Shown here: positions 60,601 to 64,000 of the stretch, one piece after another
How the letters are laid out: the number at the start of each line of letters is the position of its first letter
Numbering within the stretch: the first letter of the stretch is position 1
NCBI GenBank assembly: GCA_043228905.1
Contig: JBHGNT010000034.1
Location: 226,292-290,291, forward strand
Direction of reading: 5' to 3'
Source: Azolla caroliniana
Taxonomy: Eukaryota > Plantae > Polypodiophyta
Length of the DNA: 64,000 nt
The notes under the pieces: generated by a model
Database searches by the model: none
The model's input: only the letters and a program-made list of their open reading frames with translations
What the model was told of the DNA's origin: nothing
Made by a program: the position numbers and the translations under genes

Positions 60601-63600
60601 TTTTTAACTGTGTATCATAGCTAGCGTTGTTAGCTTCGATTCGGATGTTTGAACACAAAAATCCGATATCACAGGAGCCAGGTATGACCATTTTAATTTA
60701 CTCACGGGCTCTTCACAAGTCCCTCCTCAATTTTGCTATATTCTTCATGTCTCTCTACCTGAGTTTCAAAATCATGTTTTTTTAATTCTGTAGCATAGCT
60801 AGCGTTGTTAGCTTCGATTCGGATGTTTGAACACAAAAATCCGATATCACAGGAGCCAGGTATGACCATTTTAATTTACTCACGGGCTCTTCTCAAGTCC
60901 CTCCTCAATTTTGCTAATTTCGTTATGTCTCTCGACCTGAGTTTCAAAATCTTGATTTTTTGATTCCATATCATAGGTAGCGTTGTTAGCTTCGATTCGG
61001 ATGTTTGAACACAAAAATCCGATATCACAGGAGCCAGGTATGACCATTTTAAATTACTCACGGACTCTTCTCAAGTGCCTCCTCAATTTTGCTAATTTCT
61101 TCATCTCTCTCTACCTAAGTATCAAAATCTTGTTCTTTTAATTGTGTATCATAGCTAGCGTGGTTAGCTTCGATTCGCATGGTTGAACACAAAAATCCGA
61201 TATCAGAGGAGCCAGGTATGACCATTTTAATTTACTCACGGGCTCTTCTCAAGTCCCTCCTCAATTTTGCTAATTTCGTCATGTCTCTCGACCTGAGTTT
61301 GAAAATCTTGATTTTTTAATGGTGTAGCATAGCTAGCGTAGCATAGCTAGCTTCGATTCGGATGTTTGAACACAAAAATCCGATATCACAGGAGCCAGGT
61401 ATGACCATTTTAATTTACTCACGGACTCTTCTCAAGTGCCTCCTCAATTTTGCTAATTTCTTCATCTCTCTCTACCTAAGTATCAAAATCTTGTTCTTTT
61501 AATTGTGTATCATAGCTAGCGTTGTTAGCTTCGATTCGGATGTTTGAACACAAAAATCCGATATCACAGGAGCCAGGTATGACCATTTTAATTTACTCAC
61601 GGGCTCTTCTCAAGTCCCTCCTCAATTTTGCTAATTTCTTCATGTCTCTCTACCTGAGTTTCAAAATCATGATTTTTTAATTCTGTAGCATAGCTATCGT
61701 TGTTAGCTTCGATTCGGATGTTTGAACACAAAAATCCGATATCACAGGAGCCAGGTATGACCATTTTAATTTACTCACGGGCACTTCTCAAGTCCCTCCT
61801 GAATTTTGCTAATTTCTTCATCTCTCTCTACCTAAGTATCGAAATCTTGTTTTTTTAATTGTGTATCATAGCTAGCGTTGTTAGATTCGATTCGCATGGT
61901 TGAACAATAAAATCCGATATCACAGGAGCCAGGTATGACCATTTTAATTTACTCACGGGCTCTTCTCAAGTCCCTCGTCAATTTTGCTAATTTCTTCATG
62001 TCTCTCTACCTGACTTTCAAAATCTTGATTTTTTAATTGTGTAGCATAGCTAGCGTTGTTAGCTTCGATTCGCATGTTTGAACACAAAAATCCGATATCA
62101 CAGGAGCCAGGTATGACCATTTTAATTTACTCACGGGCTCTTCTCAAGTCCCTCCTCAATTTTGCTAATTTCGTCATGTCTCTCGACCTGAGTTTCAAAA
62201 TCTTGATTTTTTAATTGTGTAGTGTAGCTAGCGTTGTTAGGTTCGATTCGCATGTTTTAACACAAAAATCCGATATCACAGGAGCCAGGTATGACCATTT
62301 TAATTTACTGACGGGCTCTCCTGAAGTCCCTCCTCAATTTTGCTAATTTTGTCATGTCTCTCTACCTGAGTTTCGAAATCTTGATTTTTTGATTCCATAT
62401 CATAGCTAGCGTTGTTAGCTTCGATTCGGATGTTTGAACACAAAAATCCGATATCACAGGAGCCAGGTATGACCATTTTAATTTACTCACGGGCACTTCT
62501 CAAGTCCCTCCTCAATTTTGCTAATTTCTTCATCTCTCTCTACCTAAGTATCAAAATCTTGTTCTTTTAATTGTGTATCATAGCTAGCGTGGTTAGCTTC
62601 GATTCGCATGGTTGAACACAAAAATCCGATATCACAGGAGCCAGGTATGACCATTTTAATTTACTCACGGGCACTTCTCAAGTCCCTCCTCAATTTTGCT
62701 AATTTCTTCATCTCTCTCTACCTAAGTATCGAAATCTTGTTTTTTTAACTGTGTATCATAGCTAGCGTTGTTAGCTTCGATTCGGATGTTTGAACACAAA
62801 AAGCCGATATCACAGGAGCCAGGTATGACCATTTTAATTTACTCACGGGCTCTTCTCAAGTCCCTCCTCAATTTTGCTAATTTCGTCATGTCTCTCGACC
62901 TGAGTTTCAAAATGTTGATTTTTTAATTGTGTAGCGTAGCTAGCGTTGTTAGCTTCGATTCGGATGTTTGAACACAAAAATCCGATATCACAGGAGCCAG
63001 GTATGACCATTTTAATTTACTCACGGGCTCTTCTCAAGTCCCTCCTCAATTTTGCTAATTTCGTCATGTCTCTCGACCTGAGTTTCAAAATCTTGATTTT
63101 TTAATTGTGTAACACACCTAGCGTTGTTAGCTTCGATTCGCATGTTTTAACACAAAAATCCGATATCACAGGAGCCAGGTATGACCATTTTAATTTACTC
63201 ACAGGCTCTTTACAAGTCCCTCCTCAATTTTGCTAATTTCTTCATGTCTCTCTACCTGAGTTTCGAAATCTTGATTTTTTAATTCTGTAGCATAGCTAGC
63301 GTTGTTAGCTTCGATTCGGATGTTTGAACACAAAAAGCCGATATCACAGGAGCCAGGTATGACCATTTTAATTTACTCACGGGCTCTTCTCAAGTCCCTC
63401 GTCAATTTTGCTAATTTCTTCATGTCTCTCTACCTGAGTATCAAAATCTTGTTCTTTTAATTGTGTATCATAGCTAGCGTGGTTAGCTTCGATTCGCATG
63501 TTTGAACACAAAAATCCGATATCACAGGAGCCAGGTCTGACCATTTTAATTTACTCACGGGCACTTCTCAAGTCCCTCCTAAATTTTGCTAATTTCGTCA

Positions 63601-64000
63601 TGTCTCTCGACCTGAGTTTCAAAATCTTGATTTTTTAATTGTGTAGTGTAGCTAGCGTTGTTAGGTTCGATTCGCATGTTTTAACACAAAAATCCGATAT
63701 CACAGGAGCCAGGTATGACCATTTTAATTTACTGACGGGCTCTCCTGAAGTCCCTCCTCAATTTTGCTAATTTTGTCATGTCTCTCTACCTGAGTTTCGA
63801 AATCTTGATTTTTTGATTCCATATCATAGCTAGCGTTGTTAGCTTCGATTCGGATGTTTGAACACAAAAATCCGATATCACAGGAGCCAGGTATGACCAT
63901 TTTAATTTACTCACGGGCTCTTCTCAAGTCCCTCCTCAATTTTGCTAATTTCTTCATGTCTCTCTACCTGAGTTTCGAAATCTTGATTTTTTAATTGTGT
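54608..64000 (-). repeat. Homogeneous 178-bp satellite array (~53 monomers), inverted relative to the left array; candidate centromere core
   Basis: AATCCGATATCACAGGAGCCAGGTATGACCATTTTAATTTACTCACGGG... period 178, reverse-complement homologue of the left monomer, high monomer identity, no insertions. Confidence 0.95.

Noticed and set aside
16177-61061. Many 61-68-aa hydrophobic ORFs (MSLASIHMFEHKNPISHEPG..., MSKLKWSYLAP...)
   Set aside because: Translations of the 178-bp satellite monomer, recurring with the repeat period; no evidence of genes
15955-64000. Identity with Arabidopsis CEN178/CEN180
   Set aside because: Only the length matches; I recognise no shared sequence, and the genes and TEs do not look Brassicaceae-like

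Overview
Eukaryotic land-plant DNA (probably a seed-free plant such as a fern; inferred from TE and protein style only) spanning what looks like a euchromatin-to-(peri)centromere boundary. 1-15.9 kb: a ~147-bp minisatellite, two opposed decayed L1-type LINE fragments, a 10-exon SH3P (BAR+SH3) gene and a 5-exon cyclophilin gene ending in a CaaX box. 15.96-48.07 kb: a diverged 178-bp satellite array interrupted by (i) a Penelope-like element with no visible endonuclease, telomere-like repeats in ORF1, a candidate -1 frameshift site and a decayed hammerhead ribozyme, (ii) a gag-only tRNA-Trp-primed Ty3/gypsy derivative, and (iii) two Ty1/copia elements of different families. 48.07-54.6 kb: the 3' end of a related integrase-coding gypsy element with an intact-ORF copia nested in it. 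The copia 5' LTR is cut at ~54607, where an inverted, far more homogeneous 178-bp array begins and runs to the end of the window. Coordinates were read by eye and may be off by a few bases.
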